A DNA stretch of 63,869 bases, the filler included, from Guillardia theta CCMP2712 (taxonomy: Eukaryota; Protista; Cryptophyta): NCBI RefSeq assembly GCF_000315625.1. It is 5 parts of 4 records of this genome, joined end to end, with 100 filler letters (N's around TTAATTAATTAA, not from the genome) between each part and the next. Parts side by side here need not be neighbours in the genome. Positions count along the whole stretch, not along the records: positions 21,560 to 48,372 come from NW_005434384.1; 4 more parts are not named here. The stretch is one strand, 5' to 3'. Under the pieces are notes generated by a model. That model worked only from the letters and a program-made list of their open reading frames with translations. It was not told the origin of the DNA and made no database searches. Positions 24,580-37,477 of the stretch are shown here, piece after piece (positions within the stretch are counted from its first letter, which is position 1; every line of letters starts with the position of its first letter). A program made the translations under genes and the position numbers.

Positions 24580-27500
24580 CTGATGATGATGATGATGATG
24601 ACGACGACGATGATGATGATGACGACGATGATGATGATGATGGAATTGGACCTGAGGGTCGTCGGTGGCGAGGTAGACATGCTTGACGTTATAGAGGTTG
24701 CTCATCTCGATCGCTCGCTCCAGGTAGACGTCGAATGGAACGCACTGAGAGCAGATGAGGGAAGAGGAGGAGGGGAGGGAAGAGGAGGAGGGGAGGGGGG
24801 GGGGAGGGGAGGGGGAGGAAGCACCTTTGGGCGGAAGGAGGAGATAGTCGCATGCATGCAGCTGTCTCCATGGCGAATGTGCATCGCGATGTAAGATGGA
24901 GGAAGTCGAAGAGCCGCTTTCACCTGCTTCCCTTCAGTCTCCTCCTCCTCCTCGTGCTCCTCCTCCTCCTCCTCGTGCTCTTCCTCCTCCTCCTCCTCGT
25001 GCTCTTCCTCCTCCTCCCTCTGTCTGACCAGTCGCAGTTGAGCCTCGAGCGCAGGAGAAGGACGAAGGAGGAACGAGACTGTTTGCATTCTCCACCAGAA
25101 CCGAGAACCCTTGGGCACTGCCACCCCGTCACCACAAGCACTGGATCGACCTCCTCCTTCCGCCCTCCTCCTCCTCCTCCCCTCACTCCTACCCCTCTTG
25201 CTCTCCCCCCCTCTGAACGTTCTGGTCCTTTCTACTCCCCCTCCCCCTTCCCTCGCCCCTTCGTGCCCCTCTCCTCCTCACCTTCCTGCACTTCCTTGCC
25301 CGTGTAGCGCGAGTTCGGTTCGGGCTCGTGACGAGTCGAGTCTTCATGCGGCTCCTCCGGGCACTCAGAGAAAGGCTGAAGGAAGCAGCTGAAGCAGAAT
25401 AAGGAGGAGGAGGAGGAGGAGGAGGAGGAGGAGGAGGTTCACCACCTGTAGAGCTCTCGAGCAAGTTCGTGTCCTCCTTTCATCTTCCTCCTCCCGCACT
25501 CAACAGCCCGCGAGGAGTTGCCGGCGAGCAGCAGAGCATTTCCCTTCCTCCATGCGCTCGTGAGCCCCTCGGAAAGATAATGAACCTGCGCCCCCAGCCC
25601 GTGCATCCTCGTATGAAACCTCATCCCTCCTGCTCCACATCGGCCTACAGAGTGAAGCTCTTCCAGCTCGTACCGCAACCTCCTTTCTCCTTCCAGCCAC
25701 CATCGGCTCTGCTGGCAGCGGGAGGAGGAGGAGGAGGGAGAGGGGAGGAAGGAGCGATGGTGGAGGAGGGAGTGGTTGCAGGAGACGCCAATCCAATCGC
25801 CCTCACAGAGACACGCTCCTCTGACGCAGACGCCATGGGAGGAGCAGTGAGAGCTGTTCTGAAGCGAGCAAGTGAGAGGTGGGAGAGGAGGGAGAGGGAG
25901 AGGGAGAGGGAGAGGGAGAGGGAGAGGGGAGAGGGAGAGGGAGAGGGAGAGGGAGAGGGAGAGGGAGAGGGAGAGGAGGGAGAGGGAGAGGGAGAGGGAG
26001 AGGGAGAGGGAGAGGGAGAGGGAGAGGGAGAGGGAGAGGAGGGAGAGGGAGAGGGAGAGGGAGAGGGAGAGGGAGTGGGAGTGGGAGTGGGAGAGGGAGA
26101 GGGAGAGGGAGGAGGAGAGAGGAGGAGGAAGTGATCGAAGAATATCTAACCTCACACACCGGCGAATGAGGAGGGCAGGAGGCGATCAATCTCGTCAGAG
26201 CCTCGACTTTCCTCAGCTCTTCCTCCTGCACCTCCATCGCCTTCTCCTCCCTTCCCCCCTCCTCCTCCTCCTCCTCTTCGCACAGTCGTCCATGTCGCGC
26301 ACACTCGGCGACCTCGAAGGAGGCGAAAGAGACCTCGCCGATGAGCTGCTTGTTGTCTCCATCCTGGTGGAGAAGCTGGACGGACAGCTGGACAAGCGTG
26401 AGAGGAGGAGGAGGAAGAGGAGGAGGAGGATAAAGAGCAGAAGGAGGAAGGAACAAGGAATTAGGATCAAGTAGTAAGGAGTAAGGAGTGATGGGGTGTG
26501 GAGGTGTGGGGGAGGAGTGAGAAGTGAAACAGGAGGGGGAGGAAGGAATGTGGATTGTTGTTACTGGTCTACCTCATAGAGCTCAACGGGAAGGTCCATC
26601 ACCTCTACATGGTAGACCCTCCTGCCGTCATCACCGTCCTCGTCCTACCAAGCAGAAGATGTGAGGATAGAGGGGGAGGAGGAGGAGGAGGAGGAGGAGG
26701 AGGAGGAACCATGTGGAGGTGATGGACCTTACCGTTGAGCTCAATGAGGTAGACCAGTAGCAACAATCCACATTCCTTCCTCCTCCTCCTGTTTCACTTC
26801 TCACTCCTCCCCCACACCTCCACACCCCATCACTCCTTACTCCTTACTACTTGATCCTAATTCCTTGTTCCTTCCTCCTTCTGCTCTTTATCCTCCTCCT
26901 CCTCTACCTCCTCCTCCTCTTCCGCTTGACCCTTTGTCTCGCTCTCTTCCCCGCCCAGACGGATACTACCTCTCTTTCATGCGCGAGGTCTCTTTCGCCT
27001 CCTTCCAGGTCCCCGAGTGTCCTCGACATCTTCGACTGTGCGATTAGGAGGAGGAGGAGGAGGGGGCGGGGGAGGAGGGGCTGGGGGACAGGCACAAGGG
27101 GCTCGGGGCTCTCTTCCATGCACTNNNNNNNNNNNNNNNNNNNNNNNNNNNNNNNNNNNNNNNNNNNNNNNNNNNNNNNNNNNNNNNNNNNNNNNNNNNN
27201 NNNNNNNNNNNNNNNNNNNNNNNNGGGAGGGGGAGGGGGAGGAGGAGGAGAGGGGGAAGGAGTGAGAGGAGTGGGAGGAGTCGAAGGAAGAAGGAGCAGA
27301 TAGATACACGTAGTTGTCGGATGGGAAGAGAATCTCAATGTCTTGTAGGATCACGAAATCTGTCCGGTACTCTGCTACAGTCCTCCTCCTCCTCCCTTCC
27401 TCCTCCTCCTCCTCCACCATTGCTGTCACGTGGTGGCTGCCTGACAGCGTTTCGCTCACAGCCATCACAAGCTCAGGGTCCGTGCTGACAGCCTCGTCCG

Positions 27501-27905
27501 CCTCGTCCACCAGTACCCGCAGCTGCCTTCTGCTGCGCAAGCTGCTTCCTCCCTCCTGCACACAGCCTCCTCCTCTCACTCTGAAGTGAAGCCTCGCCTC
27601 TGACCTCCTCATCCTCGCTGCGGACGAGTTGTCCCCCTAGTCTCCCTGTCAGTAGGAAGAGGATGGGCAAGGAGGAGGAGGAGGAGGAGGAGGAGCACCT
27701 GGTATCCTCGGCGAGGGTAGAGCAGCTCTATGCAGCAGGAAGCATCAGAGTCTTTGCATGTCTCAAGTGTGCGGGGGCTGGAGGGGAGGGCAGGAGAGTA
27801 GTCGTACTGCTCCATCACCCGCTGCAGCTCCTCTGCTCCTGTCACCTGTGTCCTTGCGCATGGAGCACCCAGCAGAGCCAGGAGCAACAGGAGCAGGAGC
27901 AACAT
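23819..27905 (-). CDS. GT23 (alpha-1,6-fucosyltransferase/FUT8-like) glycosyltransferase with signal peptide and EGF-like domain, multi-exon
   Basis: Poly-Leu signal peptide; CSSHGVCVRGACLCEGDWIGVSC; GLGAQVHYL; MHIRHGD; VYLATDDP; IDLFLLSQGNFFVGSFASHFSRLAFELM; PFASVDYPW. Confidence 0.85.
24423..24642. repeat. (GAT/GAC)n intronic microsatellite; (GAGAGG)n also at ~25885-26110
   Basis: Direct observation. Confidence 0.95.
26262..27060. repeat. ~350-bp inverted repeat (arms ~26262-26613 and 26708-27060)
   Basis: The right arm is a reverse-complement copy of two GT23 exon segments plus the intervening intron; mismatches increase toward the N gap. Confidence 0.9.
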
Positions 27906-27953
27906 GCTCCCGGGTACTTGCTGCTTCACACTGCTCTCCTCCTTCCTTCGGGC

Positions 27954-28162
27954 TCAGTGTCCCGCCTTCTTGCTCTTGCTCTTGATGTCGGAGATCGCAG
28001 CTTCGAGGGACGAGCAGGAGGATTGAGACTCGGTGAGGAGGTTGAGGAGGTGGAGGTTCTTGACCTGCAGCAGCTGATTCTCCTTCCTCAACATGTCCAT
28101 CTCCTCCTTCATCTCCTTCTCGCTCTTCATCCTCCTCCTGGACTTACCAAGTCAGATGCCAT
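27954..28162 (-). CDS. Small Chibby-like coiled-coil protein (two exons)
   Basis: MASDL|EMKEEMDMLRKENQLLQVKNLHLLNLLTESQ resembles the Chibby LxxENNLLxLKxxxLLDMLxES leucine zipper; GTAAGT donor after TTG. Confidence 0.5.
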
Positions 28163-28187
28163 CGTGCACTTCTGGTCCTCCCTCCCT

Positions 28188-28350
28188 CTGCTCTGCTCTT
28201 CTGCTCTTCTGCTCTTCTGCTCTTCTGCTCTTCTGCTCTTCTACTCTTCTGCTCTTCTGCTCTTCTGCTCTTCTGCTCTTCTGCTCTTCTGCTCTTCTGC
28301 TCTTCTGCTCTTCTGCTCTTCTGCTCTTCTGCTCTTCTGCTCTTCTGCTC
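28188..28350. repeat. 8-bp tandem repeat (ctcttctg)n
   Basis: Direct observation. Confidence 0.95.
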
Positions 28351-30537
28351 CTGCTCCTGCTGCTCTCCTCTCCTTTCCCGCGCCCCCGCCTTCCCCCCGA
28401 CATTTTGCTTGCATCACATTAATATGTATCCAGTTTTCGGGTTGTACCAGAGTTTATGGAAGTTTATGTCATTCAATAAATATCCCATAAATTTTGCGCA
28501 ATGGCTTCACAAGATGATCGTCAACTACAATCTCACGTCATCTCATCAACATGTCACCACAGAGACAACCTCAAGCTCCTTCAGTCTACCATCACCTTCG
28601 TTCATTGCTACACGTCCATCACCACTCACTTTCTCTGTGGAACATCGTCACTTGCATACGTGATATGTTTTGCTATAAGCTCTGTCACGGTAATCATCTC
28701 AGTCGTCTATCTACTGGCTCTCAATGATGCAACCCGTCTTGTTCTCTGCACCAGGTCGCTACAGTCTGCCAGGTCTGTCGTTGCCTCCCTTCTTTCATCG
28801 GTAGTTTCAATCACTGATATGTTCCTCTGAGTAATAGGTGACAACAATATCCATCACTGGATTCTGAGCCTTAGCGCAGAATTGGCTGGAAGATGGGACC
28901 TGTGCAAGACCCATACATGAGACTTGAGGCTGGGCCTGCCCAAGGACAAGGCAGAGTTTGCCACGAAAGAGCATTCATATCGTCTTACATCTCAGAGAGA
29001 TGTTCCCTGGAATTACAACCAAACTGTATCAGGAATTCTTCAACGAATGAGAAAATGGTGACAATTGAGGGCGATGGCAGACGGTGTACAGGCATTCCAG
29101 CACATGTTACAATCCTCAGAGGCATGAAAGGGCTTGAAGCTAGCAGGAAGGAGAAGCTGCAGAGACAGATTTCCCTCCCAGCATGTCAGGAGTCCGAAGA
29201 GATCCCTGCTGTGACGCAGAGTTGGAGGAGCGCTCTTGAGACACAAGGCCTGTGTCAGGAGCCATGCTGCCTCACAGTGATGATGGAAGTGAGAGCGGAT
29301 CTTCACGCTTCATTTCGAATCCCCCACCTAGGCCCAGCATGACTTGCGCGAATGGTACATAAAATGAAGCCGCAATATTGGGGATACTTGTCATATTGTT
29401 GCAGAAGCTTTTAGATTGTAGGAATTTCGCGGTAATGTGTTTAGTGCATGCAGTATTATCCGGCCATATGTTTCCATGCATCGTCATCCATTCCCCTACG
29501 TGATATGCCAGGGGCGTCCGGTATGACAACATCGCTCCAACTTCACGATGACAAGAAGTCCACCTGTCGTTCACTTCGCTCTGAAGAAACAGTGGGCTGG
29601 GAATATCATATTTCTTGTGGAGTTCTTAGGTATGATCAGCAAGATATCCATTCCAATGAAAGAGATATTGAATGCCACGACCACGTTGACGTTTGTCGAG
29701 GGGAGAGGATCCGGTCGGTGGACGTGTCGGGAGAGGATCCGGTCGGTGGAGCTCAAAGTTGGGATCACGATCTTGAAGAGGACGAAGCCATCTGAGATTG
29801 AAGACGCTGAGCTCGACATGACGAAAGCGGTCGGTCGATTCGAGGTGAAGAGAGTTGTTAGAAACAAAGGAAAGAATGTTGAAGGGATCGGTGAAACCCC
29901 TCCGACGATGCTGAGCTTGGGAAAGCTGTACGAGGATCAAACTTGGGAAACCCGTAGGTGATTGGAATATTCGTCGTTGAGAGCCCAACGAGATCGCCAA
30001 GTCCCAAGGTGGGGGAGCGACCGTGTTGGTCGAGGGTCTTCTGATCAAGAGCATCGCGAGGCTTTCTCCATTTGCCCTGGGATGGCCTCACGGACATCTT
30101 GAAGAGAGGGAGAACTGAGTGCAAACGATGGAGGGTTTGTTTCTTACCTGACTGTAAACGAGGACAGGGAGGGTTGAAGGATAGACGAAACGAAAGAAGA
30201 GCCTGTGAGAAGAGAAGAGGAGGAAAAGAGATCGGAAAGCAGAAGAAAGAAACAGAAAGGAAAGCGGTAGATGGGGGGTTAAGGGCCATATGAGTGAAAA
30301 TTCATGCAGGGTGCAGCGGGGGATATCTCCAAAGGACTACAGTCCGTCACTGAAAGGAACATGTACCAGGCTAGCTGCGACTGCGAGGAATTTATGAAAT
30401 CAGTCTCAATCTAGTGCTTCATGGCAGCCGCTTGGGCTCAACAAACGCATGAGCCTCAAAGCTTGCGAGGCGATGATGACATGTCTGTGCATACATTCCA
30501 GGCAGCGAGTTTGAGTTCGTAGTAGATAGTTATGGTA

Positions 30538-31731
30538 TGATAAATGCTTCGAGGTGATAAGTCCCAATGCTCTCCCACTACATATGTTGCTGCATGTATC
30601 TATCACCCGTGAAAAGCTGCGCACACAGGTGACATCCGATGCATAGTCCTTCGTTCGCGGTGTAGAAGAGGGTAAGGTTAGAGGCTAAAGGTTTTATTCT
30701 TCCTTTGACATGTAGGGCTTTTCACTCCAAAGCTCTCATCCCGTTACTGGGGGGAGAAGGGATGTTCTTTCTTCTTCTTCGGGCAATTGTTGCATCCCTT
30801 CAACGAGGTCTCGCAAGCCTTCTCAATCGGCTCCACGCCGCTGAGCATGGTGTCGATGACATGCGACTCCTGTTGGAAGAGAAAGCTGAAGAGCATTCCT
30901 GAAACCAACCACAGTCAGACCATGAGCAGCATGTATACAGCAAGAGCATGATGATGGGAGTGGAGACATTGCTTGAGCAACAGACATCAGTGCAAGAGCA
31001 GACGCGTCAGGACGTCACTTTCTTCTCGCGCATCGCAGCGTGTGGCTGACCTGCTGGTGTTGATCAACTCAAAGATCGGTTTCCTTTACAGAGCCTCCCC
31101 CTACCAAAAACTTCCTACGACCCCGGTCCTATCACCAGCATATCACACATAAGAGGACAGTCGCAATTCGACCAGCAACACACGAGTGGGGGTGGGGGTG
31201 GGGGTGGGGTGGAGGGTAGGGTAGGGGTAGATATGACCGTATGGTATATAGCCTTCTACAGTCATATGACCACTGAAGGGTCAGCCCCTAGCTCCTAGGA
31301 CCCGTGATGTATAGGGCTTTTTAGGGGGTAGAGGTCGGGAGAGGGTAGTCGAGGAGCGAAGGGGCACACGGCATTCCTCATATCAAAGCCATATCAGCCG
31401 TGACGTTTTTTTACCAATTTGTTTGTTTCAAAAAAAAGTCATCATTCAAAAGCCACTCAAGACCAGAGCTTGCTACGCAATGCGAGTAGTTTCCCCTCGT
31501 CCCTCACACTCGAGCCTTGAACCCTCTACAGCCTTGAGCTCCTTCTGGACGACGGCTGGCAGGAGCTTGCTGAGAGACTGACAAGCGATGGCAAGGGGAT
31601 CCAGCCGACGACCGTAAGGAGAGCAAGAGACGGGCAGAGGTTATGGAAGATGCCGCAGACTTGGAGAGACGGGAAAGGCTACAGATAGTGGGGTTATCAC
31701 GTACCTGAAGACTCAGAGAGACAGCGAACTC
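30538..31731 (+). repeat. Direct repeat copy A (~1.2 kb); partial third copy at ~32948-33195 and diverged inverted fragment at ~32490-32578
   Basis: Near-identical to 33540-34647 apart from an ~87-bp insertion at 31178-31264. Confidence 0.92.
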
Positions 31732-32420
31732 AACAAGCGCATCAACCTCATCCTCATCAACAACGGGGAGGCCGGCAAGACGAGCGAGTTGAAAGCTCTA
31801 ACATGGAGGAGGATAAGGCGGAGGAGATCGAGGTAGACAGGAGACAGGGATAGACCTGCACGAGTGGGGCTTGCTGATCATGACGGGCTGACGTTCGACG
31901 TAATGGATTACGGGGGTCAACCTATATACGCTAAGACGAACCAGTACTTTGTCGTGAGGAGGGCCTTGTACCTGCTGGTGTGGAACGTGACGAAGGGAAG
32001 CTTGGAAGAACTGCAAATGATGATCTCCGCTGGATTGAGAGCGGCGCAGGCGAGGGCCCCAGGAGCAAGCCTTGCAAATCATGAATGGGGATGAAACTTT
32101 GAGGGTGAATTGCTTGAATGGAAACGGGATCTGTGTGTAAGGCAGCCAGGATGCTGCTATGGTGGAATGAGGCTATGCCTGGCCCATATCTGAGACTGAG
32201 AGAGGCAGTAGGGAAGCAGCCCCAGTATGCGCCATACATCAAGGTAGAACAGTATCTGGGGATGTTGAAGGAAGCGAAGGTCAATGAGAAGGAAGCAAAA
32301 GTGGTGACGAGCTTTTTGCACGACATGGGCGCGCTCAAATTCTGTGGTCATGAGCTGAGAGTCGCCGATAGCAAGGAGAAGAGATTCCGCATGGATGATT
32401 GACGTGTTCAAGGGTGTGAT
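31690..32420 (+). pseudogene. Roco (ROC GTPase-COR) pseudogene fragment
   Basis: INLILINNGEAGKTS (P-loop), TGIDLHEW, DVMDYGGQPIYAKTNQYFVVRRALYLLVW (ROC G3 region), FLHDMGALKF (COR); frameshifts and internal deletion. Confidence 0.85.
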
Positions 32421-33539
32421 GTGACGAGGAGGAGATTAGTAGCAAGGGAAGCGGAAGTATCACCTGTGCAAGGTCCCAAGCTCCTTAGCTGCTTTCACAG
32501 CTTGCAGATACAGGTGATAGGTACATGCAGCAACATATTTAGTGGCAGAGAACTGAGAGTTGTCGCCCCGAAGCATTGGGCTCATTTTACATTTATCATC
32601 ACTGAAATCAAACTGCTGAAGATTCCTTGTCCCGGTGCCCCATTCATTTACAGCCGATATCCTTCAATATCCTCCTCGTCAAATCAGCGTGCGATAACGC
32701 TTGTCTCCAATGCCCGGACAGCTATTCGCTAAACCTGAGCTTGGTTCCATCATCTCACAAGCAGGATCCTTCCCCAGCAAGTCTTCTTGGCTCAATCGCC
32801 GATGATAATGTCCATCCACGATAGTGAAATTTTGGCGTCCTCAAGGACCAACAACACTTGGGTTTAATCCTTCACTCCTTCGTACAAAACGTAAAACGTC
32901 CAAAGATTTATTTCTCTTCCAAGATGCAAGGCATTTCTCTCCAAAGCTCGGCTCCACGCTGCTGAGCATGGTGTCGATGACATGCGACTCCTGTTGGAAG
33001 AGAAAGCTGAAGAGCATTCCTGAAACCAACCACAGTCAGACCATGAGCAGCACGTATACAGCAAGAGCATGACGATGCGAGTGGAGACATTGCTTGAGCA
33101 ACAGACATCAGTGCAAGAGCAGACGCGTCAGGACGTCACTTTCTTCTCGCGCATCGCAGCGTGTGGCTGACCTGCTGGTGTTGGTCAACTCAAAGTTCAG
33201 TAAAAACATTATGCAACCGTCGAGAGCACGGGTCCATTGAACTCCACATGCTACTGGTACATTTCCCAAGTTGAGGTTGAATGATTGTTCATTCAAGTTT
33301 GATGATGTTGAACTTGCTCTAACAATGTTACAAATCGTGCTAGAAAGCAACAAGAATGAAGCTAGTTTTGGTATAGATGTAAAGCTTTTCCTGTCTGAGA
33401 ATACATAGGCACAGAAGTATGGCGTAAACGAAGATCTTGGTATGGTACGACATGTGCGTATGTACCCAGAACGGTACTAAATTGAGGCTTGAGGCACGTT
33501 ATGTAAACGTCTCATTGCCTTTAGCTTTGGCCTCGTAAG

Positions 33540-34647
33540 TGATAAATGCTTCGAGGTGATAAGTCCCAATGCTCTCCCACTACATATGTTGCTGCATGTA
33601 TCTATCACCCGTGGAAAGCTGCGCACACAGGTGACATCCGATGCATAGTCCTTCGTTCGCGGTGTAGAAGAGGGTAAGGTTAGACGCTAAAGGTTTTATT
33701 CTTCCTTTGACATGTAGGGCTTTTCACTCCAAAGCTCTCATCCCGTTACTGGGGGGAGAAGGGATGTTCTTTCTTCTTCTTCGGGCAATTGTTGCATCCC
33801 TTCAACGAGGTCTCGCAAGCCTTCTCAATCGGCTCCACGCCGCTGAGCATGGTGTCGATGACATGCGACTCCTGTTGGAAGAGAAAGCTGAAGAGCATTC
33901 CTGAAACCAACCACAGTCAGACCATGAGCAGCACGTATACAGCAAGAGCATGATGATGCGAGTGGAGACATTGCTTGAGCAACAGACATCAGTGCAAGAG
34001 CAGACGCGTCAGGACGTCACTTTCTTCTCGCGCATCGCAGCGTGTGGCTGACCTGCTGGTGTTGGTCAACTCAAAGATCGGTCTTCCTTTACAGAGCCTC
34101 CCCCTACCAAAAACTTCCTACGACCCCGGTCCTATCACCAGCATATCACACATAAGAGGACAGTCGCAATTCGACCAGCATATGACCACTGAAGGGTCAG
34201 CCCCTAGCTCCTAGGACCCGTGATGTATAGGGCTTTTTAGGGGGTAGAGGTCGGGAGAGGGTAGTCGAGGAGCGAAGGGGCACACGGCATTCCTCATATC
34301 AAAGCCATATCAGCCGTGACGTTTTTTTACCAATTTGTTTGTTTCAAAAAAAAGTCATCTTTCAAAAGCCACTCAAGACCAGAGCTTGCTACGCTCTGCG
34401 AGTAGTTTCCCCTCGTCCCTCACACTCGAGCCTTGAACCCTCTACAGCCTTGAGCTCCTTCTGGACGACGGCTGGCAGGAGCTTGCTGAGAGACTGACAA
34501 GCGATGGCAAGGGGATCCAGCCGACGACCGTGAGGAGAGCAAGAGACGGGCAGAGGTTATGGAAGATGCCGCAGACTTGGAGAGACGGGAAAGGCTACAG
34601 ATAGTGGGGTTATCACGTACCTGAAGACTCAGAGAGACAGCGAACTC
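33540..34647 (+). repeat. Direct repeat copy B (~1.1 kb)
   Basis: tgataaatgcttcgagg...gagacagcgaactc matches copy A. Confidence 0.92.
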
Positions 34648-34649
34648 CT

Positions 34650-36056
34650 GATTTGTTCTTCCCTCTGCCAGGGAACAGCGAGATGATTTTAGTGATATGC
34701 TCTCAGACCAGGTCGGAGAGGGAGGAGAGGCTGATGGTTTCACTGTAGATGTCATGGTCCATCACCAGGGCCTCCCTCTGCATGGTCTTTGTGATGCACT
34801 ACTGTTGGAACCGGAGTATGTACCGCAAGAGGTGCATCTTCCCCAGGTTGATCATGGCCGGGGTCACGCTGTACACCTTGCCGTAGATGTAGGACAGCCC
34901 CTTCATCCTCAGTGCCACCTCCAGCTCGTCATCGATGATCACAATAAAGGGGACATGCTGCGTAGAGACAACGATGTAGCGGCTGAACATGATGTCGCTG
35001 CAAATGAGGAAGTTTGGCAGCTTGTACTGCGTGATGAGGTCGTTGATGCTGATGCAGTTTAGGGGGGCGTCGGCGACGAGATCCTCAGTGAAGTTCTCTC
35101 AGTGAAGTTCTCTCAGTGAAGTTCTCTCTGGTCCCCTCCTGCTTCATCGGGTCGAGGACGTTGGCGAGCCACACCTTGTCGGTCTTCAGCATGTACAGCG
35201 AGGACCCGTGCGGTCTTGATGGTCGACAGGGTGACAGAGCCCACGATGTTCTTTATGTACTCGAACATGTCCCCACAAACGAGATAGATCAGGTCCCAGA
35301 GCTGGCTGCAGAGGTCTGACTTGGTGTTGCATGAGGGCTTTTCAATCAAGCAGCAGTAGCGTATCATCACCTACATGCTGTTCTTGTCCGTGTAATTCCT
35401 CTCGTTCTCGCATCTGAGGATCTTCGAGTCCCTGACCTCCTTGTTCGTCTTGATCCTGGAATCACACTCAAAATAGATGTGGGCCTTGTTCCGGTTGTGC
35501 TTGATGTTGATCGTGACGTCAGGGCGGGACTTATCCGGGTCGACGTGGGATTTGGGGGAGCGATCGAACTCTATGGTATGGAGAGCTCGGTCGCCACATA
35601 CTGGAAGAAGATCTCGTTCTGACCGTGCAGGTGCACGTTGCTGAGGCAGCAGGTCCATACGTTCATCGAGGAGATGTAGGCCATGACAGAGTTGGCGATG
35701 AAATTCCTGCTGACCAACATGTTCTCAAGGCGAGAGTCAGAGATTTAGTCGTTCCCGGGCATGTTAGTCACGCGGGTGAAGTTCTTCAAGTGACTGTTGG
35801 GCATAGACCAACGTGAGGTGCCTCTGGTAGTTGTAGAAGACGACGTCACGAACACACCTGTTGCTGGCATCCGTAACCAATATACCTGTTTTGCGTGCAA
35901 GAACGTACTTCTTGACCACAGACAACCTCTTGCAACCCCCGCTCCAACCGGTCTCATATAACACACATTGGGAAGCGGACACGCCGTTTCACCACCCGGG
36001 TCGCAGATAAGCGGGTAGCGCCCACCTGCCGAGAGCAGGAATGCCGAGGCCCACAT
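34650..36056 (-). pseudogene. Decayed intronless gene containing a PD-(D/E)xK-like motif
   Basis: Collinear ORF fragments broken by stops and frameshifts (ORF 35658-35371 continues in frame past one TAG); RPDVTINI..HIYFECD motif; 14-bp triplication at ~35085-35128. Confidence 0.45.
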
Positions 36057-36289
36057 GGATGCAGGTCATCTACCTGCGGGCGGTCCACTACCCCCGGTAC
36101 CTCAGGATCGCCCTTGGCCTCCTCATTGTCAGCAGCCGCTTCCTTTTCGTCAGGCTTCACCGCTTCATGGAGAGGGAGGCCTCCAGGAAGCTTCATCGGT
36201 CTCTGGGAGGGGTCGCCGTGACCCAGAACGAGCGCGCAGGAAGGCCGACCGAGGAGCAGGCAGGGGAGGGAGCAGGGGAGAAGAATAGG

Positions 36290-37050
36290 GGCGGCTGACG
36301 GTCGTCATCCTCACCACCGACCCCCACAGCCTTGAGCGACTGCTCAACTCGCTCGCCAGGTACGACAGAGGCCTGAGGGTCGACCTCCTGATCAGGCAGG
36401 ACGTTCCCAAGAACAACGTGCTGTGCCCTGTGACCATGAAGCTGGTGCAGAGGCTCTCCTGGACGCACGGGAACGTCAACCACGTGCAGGAGCTTGAGCA
36501 CCAGGGGTCGATGAACCTGTGGCTCAAGGCCTACCATCCCCTGTCGGATGAGGATCTCTTCGTGATCATGGAGGACGACATACAGGTGTACCGCTACTAC
36601 GCCAGGTGGCTCATGTACGCGATGGGCCAGTTCAGCGCTGACAGCTCGGTGATGGCCTTCTCGCTCGCCAAGCCGCTGGAGAGGGGGAAGAGCACGATCC
36701 CCCTCGAGCCGCTGGAAAGGAGCATCCCATTTGGGACGCAGGTAAGTACCAGTTCCACACGCTCCGAGCGTTGGCCCCCGTGCCCCTGATGTGGCTTCCT
36801 GGAGTTCGTGCAAACAACGAGGACAAGGCAACCAAGCTTTGACCCGACCGAGGTCGGGGAGCTCAGGGATGCGTCCACCTTCAGGCTGCAGCATCGTCGT
36901 CGTCTACCCCTGGACGGCCAGCGGGGTGGCGCTGGGGAGGTGCTGGGGGGAGGCGGGGCCGCTGCACCGCAGGAGCAAGGGGCCGGACTCGGAGCTCGCG
37001 ACGGCATGGAACAGCAGCCTGTTCTTCAGGGATTGGGGTGGGAAGAGGGA
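36290..37050 (+). pseudogene. GT-A-fold glycosyltransferase fragment
   Basis: LTVVILT..SLERLLNSL, W-HG, FVIMEDDIQV..Y..WL; reading frame broken near 36745-36790. Confidence 0.7.
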
Positions 37051-37208
37051 GGTGTGACCCCTTCATTCGTACGACTAGACACCAAAGGTAGGGAGGGAGG
37101 GAGGGAGGGGTGTGCCTGCAGGTGACGTCGTAGAGGCAGCACTCGGTGTAACCCTTGGGGTTGAAGTTGAGGATGGCGGCGGCGTGGACCTTGCTGTTCG
37201 TCGAGAAG

Positions 37209-37477
37209 CAGGCGTTGATGTACTTGTTGATCTGGTTACAAACACTGTATTTGTTCCAGGCGTTGATGTACTTGTTGATCTGGTTACAAACACTGTATTT
37301 GTTCCAGGCGTTGATGTACTTGTTGATCTGGTTACAAACACTGTATTTGTTCCAGGCGTTGATGTACTTGTTGATCTGGTTACAAACACTGTATTTGTTC
37401 CAGGCGTTGATGTACTTGTTGATCTGGTTACAAACACTGTATTTGTTCCAGGCGTTGATGTACTTGTTGATCTGGTT
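37209..37477. repeat. 48-bp perfect minisatellite x ~5.6
   Basis: caggcgttgatgtacttgttgatctggttacaaacactgtatttgttc repeated without spacers. Confidence 0.95.

Noticed and set aside
24187-24894. Poly-His, poly-Met, poly-Ile and similar ORFs (also poly-Gln/Leu/Cys near 51800)
   Set aside because: Translations of microsatellites.
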